DNA of 64,000 nucleotides from Takakia lepidozioides. Lineage: Eukaryota; Plantae; Bryophyta. Under the pieces are notes generated by a model, which saw only the letters and a list, made by a program, of their open reading frames with translations, ran no database searches and had not been told where the DNA came from. Shown in pieces: positions 26,139 through 38,700 of the stretch; positions within the stretch are counted from its first letter, which is position 1; each line of letters begins with the position of its first letter. Position numbers and translations under genes: made by a program. The stretch lies in contig CM060733.1 in assembly GCA_030704615.1 (NCBI GenBank), positions 25,916,001-25,980,000 on the forward strand, written 5' to 3'.

Positions 26139-29100
26139 TTGATTTTATTTCTCCTCATCATGGGAAAGCAGCAAAATGGGAATCTTACTCTAGCTATCAG
26201 TAGGTTTTTCTTCCTTGTTAGCAGGGAATGGAAGATGTTGGTCATTGTTTCTCCCTTAGTTTTTGAAAGACGCTTTGGGTATTGTGTTTGTAGCCTGATC
26301 TATTGGAGGCTGTGGTTGAAGCTTTCGGTGCTCAGCTGCCACTGGTGGTGTTCACAGAGAAGCCGAAGATCATCAACCTTAAGACACAAGGGCACAAAGG
26401 AGGCCCTTTGGGTTGAGGATTTGGGGAATGTTCCTTGGGTAGGTCGAGCACACTTTGGTGATAGTCCAAATTATGCTCAGACGACAGATTCCGGGATCAC
26501 GCTGGCCTTGTATGAAATGGAGTATCGCCCAAAATCAGCCTGGCTTGAAGGACTGAAAAAAGCAGTCAACACGACTCACATATTTGGGGATGCAACAAGA
26601 CTATGTAAGGCAGGACAACTGAAAGAGGTGCTGCACATTTTGAACCAAGGAGGCATTCAAGCAGACTCCAATACTTACATCTATATCTTACAGGAGTGCA
26701 TCAACAGGAAAGCCCTAACAGAGGGAAAGCAGGTGCATGCCCATATCATCCAAAGTGGATTCAGGCCAAGTATCTTCCTATTGAACGCCCTTGTCAATAT
26801 GTATGCCAAGTGTGGGAGCATGGCGGATGCATGGCAAGTGTTCAACAAAATGACTGAACAAGATACATCTACCTGGAATATAATGATATCAGGATATGCC
26901 AAGCATGGGTGTTGTAGGGAGGCTTTGGAGATCTATGAGAAAATGACCCGGGAAAGGGTGAGCCCTAACAAAGAGACCTTCATGTGCATTCTCAAGGCTT
27001 GTGCCAGCCTGACAGTCCTTGAAAAGGGCATAGAGCTCCATGCTGACATTTTGAAAGCTGGAATTGCACCCAATATCGTCCTGGAGAATACCCTGGTGGA
27101 CATGTATGCCAAATGCGGGAGCATAAAGGATGCACGTCAAGTGTTCGATAGTATGGCTCAACGGAATGTGGTTTCTTGGAATGCCATGACTGCAGGATAT
27201 GCTCGGTGCGGGTGTGGGAGGGAGGCTTTTGAGATATATGAGCAGATGATAGGTGAAGGGATAAGGCCCAACAAGGTCACCTTTATTTGTGTTCTCAAGG
27301 CATGCGCAAGCCTTGCAGCCCTGGAAAAGGGCACAAAGGTCCATGCTGACATCATGAAATCTGGAATTGTGCCGGATACCATTCTTGAGACTGCCCTTGT
27401 CAACATGTATGCCAAATGCGGGAGTATAAAGGATGCGTGCCTAGTGTTCGAGAATATGACCAAACGAGATGTGGTCTCATGGAATGCCATGCTAGCAGGA
27501 TATGCCCAGCACGGGTGTGGTGGAGAGGCTTTCGAGATCTATGAGCGAATGGTACGGGAAGGGGCAAGGCGTGACAGGGTGACCTTTGTGTGTGTCCTCA
27601 ATGCATGTGCCAGCCTGTCATCCCTCGAAAAGGGCCTAGAGGTCCATGCTGACATCATTAAGGCTGGAATAGTACCAGATATCATTCTGGCAAACACCCT
27701 TGTCAACATGTATGCCAAATGTGGGAGCATAAAGGATGCTCAGCAAGTGTTTGAGAGTATGGCTGAACGAGACGTGGTTTCATGGAGTGCGATGATAGGG
27801 GGATATGCGCAGCATGGGTGTGCTAGGGAGGCATTTGAGATGTATGAGCAAATGATACAGGAAGGAGTGACACCCAACAGAGTCACACTCATTTGCATTC
27901 TCAACGTTTGTGCCAGTCTCGAAAAGGTCATAGAGATCCACAATGACATAATCAAAGCTGGAATCGCACCAGATATTGTTCTAGAGACTGCCCTTGTAGA
28001 CATGTATGCTAAATGCGGGAGCATGAAACATGCGCGTCAAGTGTTTGACAAGATGGCTCATCGAGATGCAGTTTCATGGAATGCCATGTTAGCAGGATAC
28101 GTTCAGCATGGATGCGGTAGGGATGCTTTTCGGACATATGAACAGCTGATCAGGGAAGAGGTGACACCTGACAAGGTCACATTCATTTGCATTCTCAATG
28201 CCTGCACCAGCCTGGCAGATCTTGAAAAGGGTAAAGAGGTTCATGCTAATGTAATCAAAGCTGGAATTGTGCCAGACATCACTCTAGAGAATAGTCTTAT
28301 TGACATGTATTGCAAATGCGGGAGCATAAAGGACGCAAGACATATATTCACTAATATGGCTGAAAGGGATGTGGTGTCATGGAACTCCATTATTGCAGGA
28401 TATGCTCAGCATGGGTGTGGTAGGGAGGCATTTGAGATGTATGAGCAGATGATAGTGGAAAGGGTGAGTCTGGATAAGGGCACCTTCATTTCTGTCCTGA
28501 AGGCGTGTGCTGACATGGCATCCCTGGAAAAGTGCCGGGAGGTCCATGCTCACATTATCCAAGCTGGACTTGCACCCGATAGCATTCTGGAGACTACCCT
28601 CATCGACTTATATGCCAAATGTGGGAGCATTACAGATGCCCGTCAAGTGTTTGACAATATGGTTCAGCGAAGTGTGGTCTCATGGAACGCCATGATAACA
28701 GGGTATGCTCAGCATGGGTGCAGTATGGAGGCCTTTAAGATCTATGAGCAAATGATACAGGCAGGGGTGGCCCCTGGTACAGTCACATTCATTTGCATCG
28801 TCAATGCATGTGGTGGCCTGGCTGCCCTGGAAAAGGGCATGGATGTCCATTCTGACATCGTCAAAGCTGGAATTGGACCCGATATTATTCTGGAGACTGC
28901 CCTTGTTGACATGTATGCAAAATGCGGGAACATGAAGGATGCACTTCAAGTGTTCGACAATATGGCTCAAAGAAATGTGGTCTCGTGGAACACCATGATA
29001 GCAGGATATGCTCAACATGGGTGTGGCAGGGCTGCCCTCCATTTGTTTGACCATATGCAACAGGAAGGGTTCAAGCCAGATGGTATCACCTTTATTTGTC

Positions 29101-29384
29101 TATTCTCTGCATGTAGCCATGCAGGCCTTGTGGACGAAGGCCGTCACTATTTTGACTCCATGAGTAAAGATCATGGCCTCACTCCTAAAATGGAGCATTT
29201 TGGCTGCATGGTGGACCTTCTTGGCCGTGCAAGCCGATTGGAGGAGGCGGAGGACTTTATTAGCTCAATGCCAATTGATTCAGGTGCCTCTGTGTGGAAA
29301 ATCTTGCTTAGTGCCTGCAGAGTTCGTGGCAATGTGGTGCTAGCTGAACGGGCAGCACAAAACCTGCTCAAGTGGGATCCATAG
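26139..29384 (+). CDS. PLS-class pentatricopeptide repeat protein (organellar RNA-editing factor family), ending in the E region; the true start is probably downstream of 26139
   Basis: Eight regular L-S-P units (MYAKCGS..DA..VF..M..RDVVSWNAMI.GYAQHG), then L2-S2 (TFICLFSACSHAGLVDEG...HFGCMVDLLGRA) and E1 (VWKILLSACRVRGNV.LAERAA). Confidence 0.93.
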   Translation: MILFLLIMGKQQNGNLTLAISRFFFLVSREWKMLVIVSPLVFERRFGYCVCSLIYWRLWLKLSVLSCHWWCSQRSRRSSTLRHKGTKEALWVEDLGNVPWVGRAHFGDSPNYAQTTDSGITLALYEMEYRPKSAWLEGLKKAVNTTHIFGDATRLCKAGQLKEVLHILNQGGIQADSNTYIYILQECINRKALTEGKQVHAHIIQSGFRPSIFLLNALVNMYAKCGSMADAWQVFNKMTEQDTSTWNIMISGYAKHGCCREALEIYEKMTRERVSPNKETFMCILKACASLTVLEKGIELHADILKAGIAPNIVLENTLVDMYAKCGSIKDARQVFDSMAQRNVVSWNAMTAGYARCGCGREAFEIYEQMIGEGIRPNKVTFICVLKACASLAALEKGTKVHADIMKSGIVPDTILETALVNMYAKCGSIKDACLVFENMTKRDVVSWNAMLAGYAQHGCGGEAFEIYERMVREGARRDRVTFVCVLNACASLSSLEKGLEVHADIIKAGIVPDIILANTLVNMYAKCGSIKDAQQVFESMAERDVVSWSAMIGGYAQHGCAREAFEMYEQMIQEGVTPNRVTLICILNVCASLEKVIEIHNDIIKAGIAPDIVLETALVDMYAKCGSMKHARQVFDKMAHRDAVSWNAMLAGYVQHGCGRDAFRTYEQLIREEVTPDKVTFICILNACTSLADLEKGKEVHANVIKAGIVPDITLENSLIDMYCKCGSIKDARHIFTNMAERDVVSWNSIIAGYAQHGCGREAFEMYEQMIVERVSLDKGTFISVLKACADMASLEKCREVHAHIIQAGLAPDSILETTLIDLYAKCGSITDARQVFDNMVQRSVVSWNAMITGYAQHGCSMEAFKIYEQMIQAGVAPGTVTFICIVNACGGLAALEKGMDVHSDIVKAGIGPDIILETALVDMYAKCGNMKDALQVFDNMAQRNVVSWNTMIAGYAQHGCGRAALHLFDHMQQEGFKPDGITFICLFSACSHAGLVDEGRHYFDSMSKDHGLTPKMEHFGCMVDLLGRASRLEEAEDFISSMPIDSGASVWKILLSACRVRGNVVLAERAAQNLLKWDP

Positions 29385-29790
29385 CACACCTCTACAAGTG
29401 TGCTGCTATTGAACATCTATCTTGTGGCTGGAAGGTGGTACAATTGAGGACAAAGGATGATGCAGGAAATGATGGAGAAGAGCGGTATTAAGGAGCCAGG
29501 GTGCGGCTGCCTTTAAGGTGGACAACCAGGTGCATGCGTTCGTTGCAGTAGACAAATGGCCTCCACAAATTGAGATTAAAGGAAATTATTGGTGCTACCA
29601 GGTTGAGAAACTAGCCGTTGCTTGAGCTGATCACCAAGCCTCTCGGATATGTAGCTGGGTAATCGAGACCCTGGTCTGTGGTGATGCCACCAACCTCAGT
29701 CTGGAGATTGTCAGATCTTTGTACCCTTTGCCAATGTCATCTTCCACCCTTCACATTTGCCATGATTCACTTCCTCTTGCGTGTTGCTCA
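29385..29790 (+). pseudogene. Decayed E2/E+/DYW deaminase coding remnant of the PPR gene
   Basis: After the stop: VLLLNIYLVAGRW..*, KEPGCG.. /KVDNQVHAFVAVD, then EKLAVA*, LVCGD and IFH fragments with stops, frameshifts and deletions. Confidence 0.75.
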
Positions 29791-31139
29791 ATTCACCAGT
29801 TATTCCACAAGACCCAACCCATTGTTGTTAAGTTTATGAGCCTACTCTTACAGTTGGAAAAAACTATGTGTCATTGAATGCAACTGTTGGGGGGACTGCA
29901 CATTTTGTGCCGTCCATGATGAAGATCGCAATGAAGTATGATATTCAAGCACCAGCACTGAATTCAGGGACAATATTATTGTCGAGGAGTTGTCGACAGA
30001 TTGCAAGGACATGAACAAAGTGCTGAAGGTACGGGGGTTGAGGATCTGCACCAAAAGGTGCTTGAATATGGGATCCCCAAAGGCTTTGAAGAGTAGAGAC
30101 TGGATTGACTGGGGAGTATCAGTGAGATCTGTTTCTTCTCCTTATGACCAAATGAGTTTGACCTGAAAAAGTTTTGAGGGACAGTTGGTACTTGGAGGTC
30201 AGTTTCCTTTGAAGTTGAGTTATCCTGAAACACCTTACTACATGGCAAGAGCTCGACATATTGGCTAGTCATAGCAGCAAGAGCAGTATGGATAGTGGCC
30301 GCAACTATCCACTTTCCTAACGAGCAGAAGAGCAGAAGCTGAGTCCACTGCCAGAGAGAACTGAAGCTAAGGGAATACTACTGACACACATGGTGGAAAT
30401 AGGAGAGAGGAATGATAACAACAAATGAGAATGGTTGTATTGGGGCTGACCTCCCAGGGCAGGGATTACCCATTCGGCACAAAGCATCTTCTGGCAGCAG
30501 TGTCAAGACAATCGGGAAGCTGAACATGTTGAAGGTGAGTTGCAAACACTGAGCTCCAATATCTTATGCTCTTCCAAATCTCTTCCTCATTTATACACTG
30601 TATAATCAACCCTCAACTCAAAGAGATGAGATCACCTATATAGGTCAAACAATCTCCCCATCCACTCTTCGAACAATTTTTGTTATGGCCAGAAAGATGG
30701 CAGATTGAGAGGGGTCGGGTTGCATGAAGTTGCAGGAGAAGAGAAAATATGTAGAGGCAAGATTGGAAACAAGTGGCATGGATGCAGTTGCAGGGTGGCA
30801 GCCTGCCATGAAAATGCTTGCATGCTTAAATGTGTGGTGATCACGCAATCTTCATGCGTGCCAAATCACGAATGTAATCACAAGCGCTAGTATTCGACAT
30901 TCTACAAAAATTGTTGATGCTTGTTCACAATAATTTTGACACAACAAATTCCCTTGCGTGCATATGATTTGTTCTAATTTGCTAATGGAAGGGAGTTGAA
31001 CGCCGGAAACTTTATCTGCCGCTCTATGCAGATTTGTGCGGACAATGGAACCCAACTCACCAGATTTCAAGTCTCCTGGAGTGGCTGGAGGCGCTGATGC
31101 AACCCACGGAGAAGAAACCAGGCCAATCGCTGATCCTGA

Positions 31140-31340
31140 AATGGGCCTCTCAAATGACATGGAGAGGGAGGCGAGAACTCCCTTGTACGAAGGGGCGAAA
31201 GTGAGTCGACTTTCAACAATCTATTGCTCAATCTTCAAGTTCGATTTGGCATAAGTAATGTTGGGATGTCTGCCATAATGCGAACTATTGTGGACTATAT
31301 CCTTGCTCCACAACATTTGCTAGTTCAAGTCTACTCAACT
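31140..31340 (+). mobile_element. CACTA/En-Spm transposase fragment
   Basis: EARTPLYEGAKVSRLSTI/LLNLQVRFGISNVGMSAIMRTIVDYILAPQHLL matches the conserved PLY.G...S.L N-terminal block of En/Spm TnpD; frameshifted. Confidence 0.7.
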
Positions 31341-32069
31341 CCCGCAATGCTAGCAACACCTGTGGTGCAAGGAGGATATAAACTAGAGGCACCCTATAAA
31401 TTGAAATTTTAATATTAAAGCACACCTAACTTTGGAGCGTGGAAAGAAGCATTAGGGGTCTGTCTGAGTCTGTTCTGAATATATTTTCTTTTCTCTCCCC
31501 TCCTGCAATAGGTTGTTGAGAAGCGCCTTGCATCTCCTGCTTCAATTACGATGTTGATGTCTCTGTCTTGTGTTTTCTCTGCCCATGCTTTCTACTTGGT
31601 TAGAACTTGTAGTTGGTATTTAGTAGACTTCCCTGTCGAGTCTTTTGTAAGCCTCATGACCTCTCCAAGATTTTTCTTCCTTGGTTTCTATTAATATGAT
31701 TCTAAGGGAAGAGACTACGGGTACTCCTTGGATTTCAAGGCTTCCTCTCCTTTCTTTAAAAAATAAATAGCGGAGGGCACTGTCCCCTCTTTAAAATAAT
31801 AATAATAATAATAATAGCAATAATGTAAGGTCTTAATGCAAGCGCGCGTGTGTGCAGTTATTTTTTACCTATCAAATTGTGAGTGACACAAATTGGAGTT
31901 ACACCGAACATGGTAACATCTTGGGTGATGCAAGTATAAGGAGTGGCACCAAAGTGACATTGGACATGGGAGTGACACATAATGGGTGGCATCACCGGAG
32001 TGACATGGGCCGGGATGACATAGCAATCCAGTAACTTATACATGTAGAGAGAGATAAGAAAAGGTTAAA

Positions 32070-32244
32070 GTTTCTTTAACGTCCAATGAATTTACAGAGC
32101 CTATTGCTCAACACACAGGCCATCAAGGGCCCAATGGACGTTTTGAAGGCACATGTTGAAGGATTGAACCCAGGATCACCAAGGTTGTGATCACCTAGGT
32201 TATGCACAGGCAAGGTACAAACACCCAATCACTTGGCTACCTGC
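32070..32244 (-). mobile_element. tRNA-derived SINE-like element (3' limit uncertain)
   Basis: On the - strand: A-box-like TAGCCAAGTG and B-box GGGTTCAATCC, about 60 nt apart. Confidence 0.45.
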
Positions 32245-32499
32245 TCAAGTGCAAAAGGAAAGAGAGAAGACTCCGGCCGAAGTCGGCGTAACTAAGAGCC
32301 ACTTCACATTGCGGCTACTGCCCCCTTTCGGGGTAGGCCTTGTGGGACACCAAGTACCCGGGGTACATAGGGTACCTATGGTATCGACATAGATTTGGAT
32401 TCTAGTTGTCGTTTGTTGGTAATAATAGTTATGAGGGATCGGAGTGTCGTGAGGTGGATTGCTTTGAAACACTTATGATGGGGGGATGGGGATTTTGAA

Positions 32500-33200
32500 G
32501 TTGTCATGTATAGCGTTGATACTGGCATTATGTATGTTACCTCTAGTACCGGCAGTGATGACGGTTAGTGGGCCGGTGATCTAGCCTCTACGGCGGATTG
32601 CAAGGATTAGTGTGACATATTTTTGTCGTTTTTCTAAGATCGAGTCATTGGGGTAGCGATCATTACAGTATGTAAAATGGATGGTGAGTTGTGGGGATGG
32701 TGTAGTGGGTGGTGGGGTGTTAGTGGGTAGGCCTTGGACAAGGAGAATATCAGGGCACAGTCTGGCGGGGCAGGTGCATGGTGAATGGGTACATGTACAT
32801 GGGAGCAGCCATCATGGTGGTATAGTGTGGTCTGGTGGTCGGCCTTGGTAGGTGCCAGCATTAATGAGTGAGAACCACCTGGTTTTAGCGTAGCTCAGAA
32901 AAAGTTTATGGATGTGCTAAACTGCATGGTTATAACGAGTGATATGAAGGCCATGAATGACTGGATGGGTACATTGGCTAAGGAGGTGTGGCCAGGTATC
33001 GCGTTCATGGTGGGTATTTGAGCATAGTGGGCAATATCGGGATAGGAAAAGATGTGGCCAGAAGATGTGTTTACGTTGGTTGCCCATGTATTGGGCGTAC
33101 CTGAATTTGAGTGTTTGTCGGATTTGTGCATCGGTAGTGGCTTTGGTGCTAGACGTGGTTTGATAGCTCATGATGGAGGATTGTGGACTGGGTCAAGTTT
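32500..33200 (-). pseudogene. LINE CCHC knuckle and restriction-like (PD-(D/E)xK) endonuclease
   Basis: CPLC...DTWPHLLSQC...HITRYNHAV (RHN-type motif), then RL(C)PDILLVQG...IH--FTYCNDRY...EKRQKY..L...RRG*...VITAGTRGNIH. Confidence 0.8.
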
Positions 33201-33261
33201 CTGAATGTGGACTTTGGTGTGGCTAATATATGTTGTTGGTTTGCTTCATGGGTGATAGTGG

Positions 33262-33870
33262 TCATAAGATTACAGATTGGTTTGGGTGCGGGGGGGGGTC
33301 TGAGACTCGGTGTATAAACCAAAAAGGATGGGTATGAGCGATATGAATAGGGTCATTTGAAAGGTCCACTGGGGGTTTAGAGGCGCATGTCTGAGCAAAT
33401 AGATCCGCCACTTCATTACCTTTAATGCTAGTGTGCGAACGGACTTTGAGGAATTGGATAGGGTGGCTTTTGGAAATAACGAGGTTGACAATGGTTGTAA
33501 TGAGGTTGCGATCTGGGTGGTGATGGTGGGAGGAGAGGCGGGATATGTGGTTTCGTATAAGAAAGAGTGAGGTAAGGCTATATGTGAAGATGTAGTATGG
33601 AGGAGGGAAGGCATCTAGCAGGGAGAGTGCTTCGAAGATGGCCATAAGTTCAGCTCGTAATATGGTGGCAGGGCCAAGAAGTCTGAGAGCAGTGCCCTGG
33701 TTAGTGGAGGCGTGGTATATTCCGTAGCCAACATTTGGTTTGGTGAGGGATCCGTCAGTATAATGGGAGTTAGATGGAGGATATCTGAGGGGGATAGTTT
33801 GTCGGTATAGTGAGGGAATAGGAGGTGTGGGTTTTGGTGTGATAGCCTTGGGGGGGGGGGGGGGTGGCAA
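33262..33870 (-). pseudogene. LINE RNase H domain
   Basis: YTDGS...TILRAELMAIFEAL...IFT(Y)SLTSL...KVRSHTSIKGNEVADLFA; the third catalytic Asp appears mutated to Tyr. Confidence 0.9.
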
Positions 33871-34149
33871 CGCCCTTTCCCCAACTCTGTTTGGTTTGAT
33901 TTTGGGAAATGAAATGGTTGGTGCATAGTCATAGGAGGTGGTGGATGAACGATGTGTGTTGGTGGGGGTTGGTAGCCTTCATTTTGTGCGTCAAGGTTAG
34001 CAGTTTTTTTAAGTAGCTTAGAAAGAGCATCGGTATATTGATGGGGGAGGAGTGTTGGACATGCAAAATTAGGGTTAGGGTGGGTTCCCTTTGTCTAAGG
34101 TATTTGGGAAAGTGGTGGGGTATGCACATATTTAAGCTGACTAGGTTCG

Positions 34150-34700
34150 ATTGTGGCTAGTAAATTAGTCCCTGTCGGGAGATGTAGGAAAGGGTGGGAG
34201 TCATTGGGTGATTGTTGTTGGGTGAGTATGAGTATTGTGAGGGCGTGGGGGGATGAATGAGCAGCGAAGCGTGCCCATTGGAGAGCTTCATGAGTGGGGG
34301 TGTCGGGGGGGGGGTGAGCAAGACCTCTGCCAGCCCAGGTGTGCTGAGTGGCAGTACCCGTGGCTTCGAAGATACAATCCCTGTGGTGTGGACTTGCAAA
34401 TGTAATGAATTCCATAGGGCATGTGAGCGGGCTGGAGTAATATGAGTAAGTAAGTTGGAATGAATCGATGAGTAGTGCTAGAATGTCCTTGGGTATAGTA
34501 TTATGAGCGCATGCCATTGTTAGCATGCTGAGGGTACGTGGTTTCTTGGGGGGGGGGGGCATCTTTGAGGTATTGTTCTGCAAGCCAGCATAGTTCAGTG
34601 GCAAAGTCTTGTTTGGGGGGTTGTAAGATTTGTGAATTAGTGTTTGTGGTGGAATATTTTTCTCAAAGTCATGTTAGCCTGTCAGTGGGAATAAGACCAA
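34150..34700 (-). pseudogene. LINE-encoded PCIF1/CAPAM-like N6-adenine methyltransferase domain
   Basis: TIPKDILALLIDSFQLTYSYYSSPLTC..FITFASPHHRDCIFEATG...WAGRGLAHPP...ALTILIL aligns by eye with the PCIF1 pattern LP..VF..L...F.V.FECFASPLNC.F..YCS.F.D.D..FGS.G...GSFEANPPF...PLSFIVF. Confidence 0.6.
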
Positions 34701-34972
34701 TAAACAGCCGTTTTGAGCGTAGATATTAGAGAGGCGGGGGCCTATACGGACCATTGGAGGGTCATGATCTATGTCTTTATCAGGGTTGCATTCGGTCATG
34801 CATATGCGTATGTTAGGAGCAATTAACGAGTTATGTATGTTTCGGATGTTGTCATGGTTTTAGTCATGGTTAACTAGAATTACCTACTTCTAGTTAATAA
34901 GGACATTTTGGATATTTATATTTGTATTTTGTGTGTTGGGACTTCATTTGGTCTCATATACCAAGTGAGGTG

Positions 34973-35702
34973 TGTCGCGCACCTCACTTCGGTGAGCTCC
35001 CCTTCAAGTCATAGTTATTCGCTTTGATGCGCGCGCCTGACTCCCAACCTGGCCGCCGGGCCAACTCGCAGCTTCGGCTGCTCACCGGGACATAACGGTC
35101 CCCCTTTGCTCTCCCGAAAGACCCTCCACCTATTTGGGCCTAGTGGAATTCCCTTTGGTAGATGGCAGTCCGGAACAGCTCCCCACTCTTTGGTCGCTTT
35201 CCGGCTCGCTTGCTTACTCACTAGTTTTTTGGACCCAACGGGCTTGCACCGTTCTCGGGGTTACTACTCCCTATATATACTTCTGTAGCTGTCCGCGGGG
35301 GTTTCACAACCAGCCATGCCATTTTATGGGCGAACCACCACGGAGACCCTCGATTCCCGGTGGTGAGTCGCGGTGAGTCTTGGCCCACTCACCGCGGCCC
35401 TAATGGACCGTGATGAGTCCCAAGACTCCCCACGACTCCACCTCGAGGTCTCCACCCCATGGTGAGTCCTATGCCACCCCACTAAGTCCCGCTAGCTACC
35501 ACCACCACCCCTTGTGGAGCCACCCCCCGCAAACCCGGGGTGCGGGGCTCCACCTAGTGAGTGCCTCTGCCTCCTTGAGTGCCTTGGGCACTCAAGGGTG
35601 CTTCAGCCCCCCATACCTATCGCCGCTACTGCCCTGCCCCCACCACAGGGGCAGCCCCTCATGTGTCCCGACCCCCTGCCCTCAAGGCAAAGGGCCGCGA
35701 CA
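34973..35702 (-). repeat. 3' LTR of copy B
   Basis: TG...CA termini, adjacent PPT, near-identical to 41253-41974. Confidence 0.95.
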
Positions 35703-38700
35703 CCCACCCCTACCAACAGGGAGTCGATGTCCTCATCGATTTGTCGTTTTGTAGAAACGAACATCCAAGTTGTGGCGTCCCACATCAAGGAGTTTGTTTC
35801 CGCACCATGGCGTCCCATGGCAAAAAACCAAACCCCCACACTTGACTCTACTCCTCCACTAGCTAGTTCGGCCCGACTTCCTCAAGTCCCGGCCAAGGGG
35901 GAGCCTCTCCAGCTCCTCCCAGTGCACTCTTCTTGGCCTATCTTCAAGCCAAGGAACGATCCTCCCCGAGGATCGAATCGCCTTAACTGCAACAACATTG
36001 CTTGCGATCGCTCATGATGCCGCTTTTGGCATCACCTTGAGCAAGGGTTCACCTGGAACCCTCTTTGACTAGGAAGATAACCTTGAACCAACCGTGTGCC
36101 CCAATCACTACAATTGGGTCCGCCTTGGAATGCTGGCCTGAGGTACGGGAACACGCCGAAGCCGCACTACGACTTCGTCCTGAGGCTACACGATTATAGT
36201 ACGTGAAACGGAAGCAGTAGCTTCCTTCCGCGTTAGCCTGCATTACAAGGCAACCCCCTCGGTAGCGCAGTTTATATACGCGCACAACGCTCTAGATGCC
36301 GCACTAAGCCTGCCAGATCGCACTATCACGTGAACTCCCCAAGAACTCGCAAGTTTTCCTTGCCCCTTGGATGGGAGTCACCCGATTTCGGCACTGCGCA
36401 AACTCACGATTAACCCAATTTACCTCTCCCCCACTTTTGTAAGCTAGCATGCATTCTACACACACTAGCTAACCAACCATACCATGCATCACCATTCCAA
36501 ACACAATAGGACGCACAATATGGGAACCCATTTTCCTTATAACAAATTTTTGTACAATACAAATTTTTGCAATCGGATTCCTGAGCTAGCTAAGCCGGGC
36601 TAAGCATGCATTTCCTCCCCCACGCTCCAAGGTTGATGTCCCTCAACGGTTCTTCCGCTTTTGAGGTCGCCCTTCGAAAACTGCAACCCGCCTCGGATGC
36701 GTTTCCCATTTCTGAGGCACGCACCCAAGATGCCTCCACATGATGATAGCCCTTCCATTTGACGAGATACTCCGTTTCTCGGTTCCTGAACCTCCTCCTC
36801 GACTTAAGTATTGCCTCCACCCTCCACCTCGTACTCAGGTTCATTTCATGATCCAACAGCATAGATGGTGGACGCAACACTTGATCCGATTCGGACGCGC
36901 TTCATCTTTGAAGTAAGGCTTCAAAGGGAGACATGGAATACTGGGTGCACCTTGCAGTTGCCGGCAGCTCCAATTCATACACATCCTCATTCATAACCTT
37001 CCGAATGCGAAAGGGTCCCGCATACGGAGGTACGAACTTCGGAATCACTTCCGAGGTAGTCGGAAATTCTTGATGTTCAACAGACCTCTGTGCCTGCCTC
37101 AAACTTCACTTCCCTCCGCTTCCGATTCGCCTGCCTTTCATACCGTTTCTACCGTTTCCTAGCTTTGGCAATATTGTACTTTGCGAGCTTCAACAAACGC
37201 TCGCGTTCTTCCAGTACCGCCGCTACTGCGGGTTCCTCAACGTCCTGGGCGGCCCACTTGTCGGCACCAGAGTGCTTTTCCATAGACCAATACGAAAGGG
37301 GAAACTCCCGTTGCGGAGTGTTCTGTGTTATTATACACAGAACTCTGCCGCGTCTAAGTGTTCCATCCAGTCTTCTGATTGGTCTGCCGACACGTAATTC
37401 CGCAAGAATTGCTTCACTACGGAATTCATTCTTTCCGTTTGGCCGTCCTTCGTAGGTCGGAAGGCGGTGCTCATCTTCAGCCTCGTCCCCATCTTCTTCC
37501 AAAGTGCTCTCCTCCAAATTTACTCGTAAACTTTGGATCGCGGTCCGAGACAATATCCTTCGGGACTCCATGATGCTTTAAGACGTGGGCGAAGTAAAGT
37601 CGCCCTGTCTCCTGCGCCGTTGCCGTCTCCTTGGTGGGGATGAAATGGCCCATTTTACTGAACCTATCTACCACCACCATGATTGCATCGAATCCTTTTG
37701 ACAGCGGCATAGCAGTCATGAAATCCATCGAGACGCTTTCCCAAGTCCCCTCTGGAATCGGCAAGGGTTGTAACAGCCCCGCTTGCTTTTTGTACTCGCT
37801 CCGGTTTTGTTGGCATGTGGTGCATGTCTTGACATACTCCTCTGCCTCCTCCCTCAGTTTGGGCCAGAAATACTCTTTCTTCAAGAGTGCCGCAGTGCGC
37901 TTGGCTCCGCCGTGGCCCGCAAGCGGGCTATCATGGCATTCTCTCAAGAGACTATCCTGATCCCTCCCTTCGGCACGTAGAGACGCTTTTCTTATACCAG
38001 AGCAGTCCATTTTGCAAGTGGAACTGCGATTTAACCCCCATCCTCAAGTCTTGCACACGCACGGACTTCGCCAGCTCATCCTTCCGGCAAGCCTTCCGGA
38101 TCTTCTTTGGAGCGCCGTCTCGCCCTTGTACACCAACAAGAGCTGCTGCTTTCTACTTAAAGCATCGGCCACCACATTGTCCCGTCCCGGTTTGTACTGG
38201 ATATCCACGTCGAACACCGCCAAAGTATCTTGCCACCTAAGTTGTTTTGGGGACAACTTGGGCTGCGTGCAAAATACTTCACTGTGACATTGTCCGTGAA
38301 CACCTTCACTGGGTTGGAACCAACATAGTGGCGCCAAAGCTCAAGGCAATGCACCACCGCCTTCATCTCTTTTTCGTGCGTCGGCCACCGTCGCTCCACT
38401 TCATTCAGTTTCTTACTTTCGTAAGCCACTGGACGTCCATCTTGCATAAGTACTTCACCCATCGCGAAGTCCGACGCATCTGTATGAATCTCAAATGGAC
38501 GATCGAACTCCGGATTTTCAAGACTGGAGCTTCCGCCATCCGCTGCTTCAATTCAGCAAAGCTTGGCCACAAAGGTGTTCCATGCCCAGACTTTAGATTT
38601 ACACAGAAGGTCTGATAGCGGTCCCGCAATCTTGGCGAAATTTCTCACATACTTCCGGTAATAGGAGGCGAGTCCTAGGAAGGATCGCACTCCCGGGACC

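Noticed and set aside
26681-29416. Repeated minus-strand ORFs (MLPHLAYM...)
   Set aside because: Antisense of the PPR repeats.
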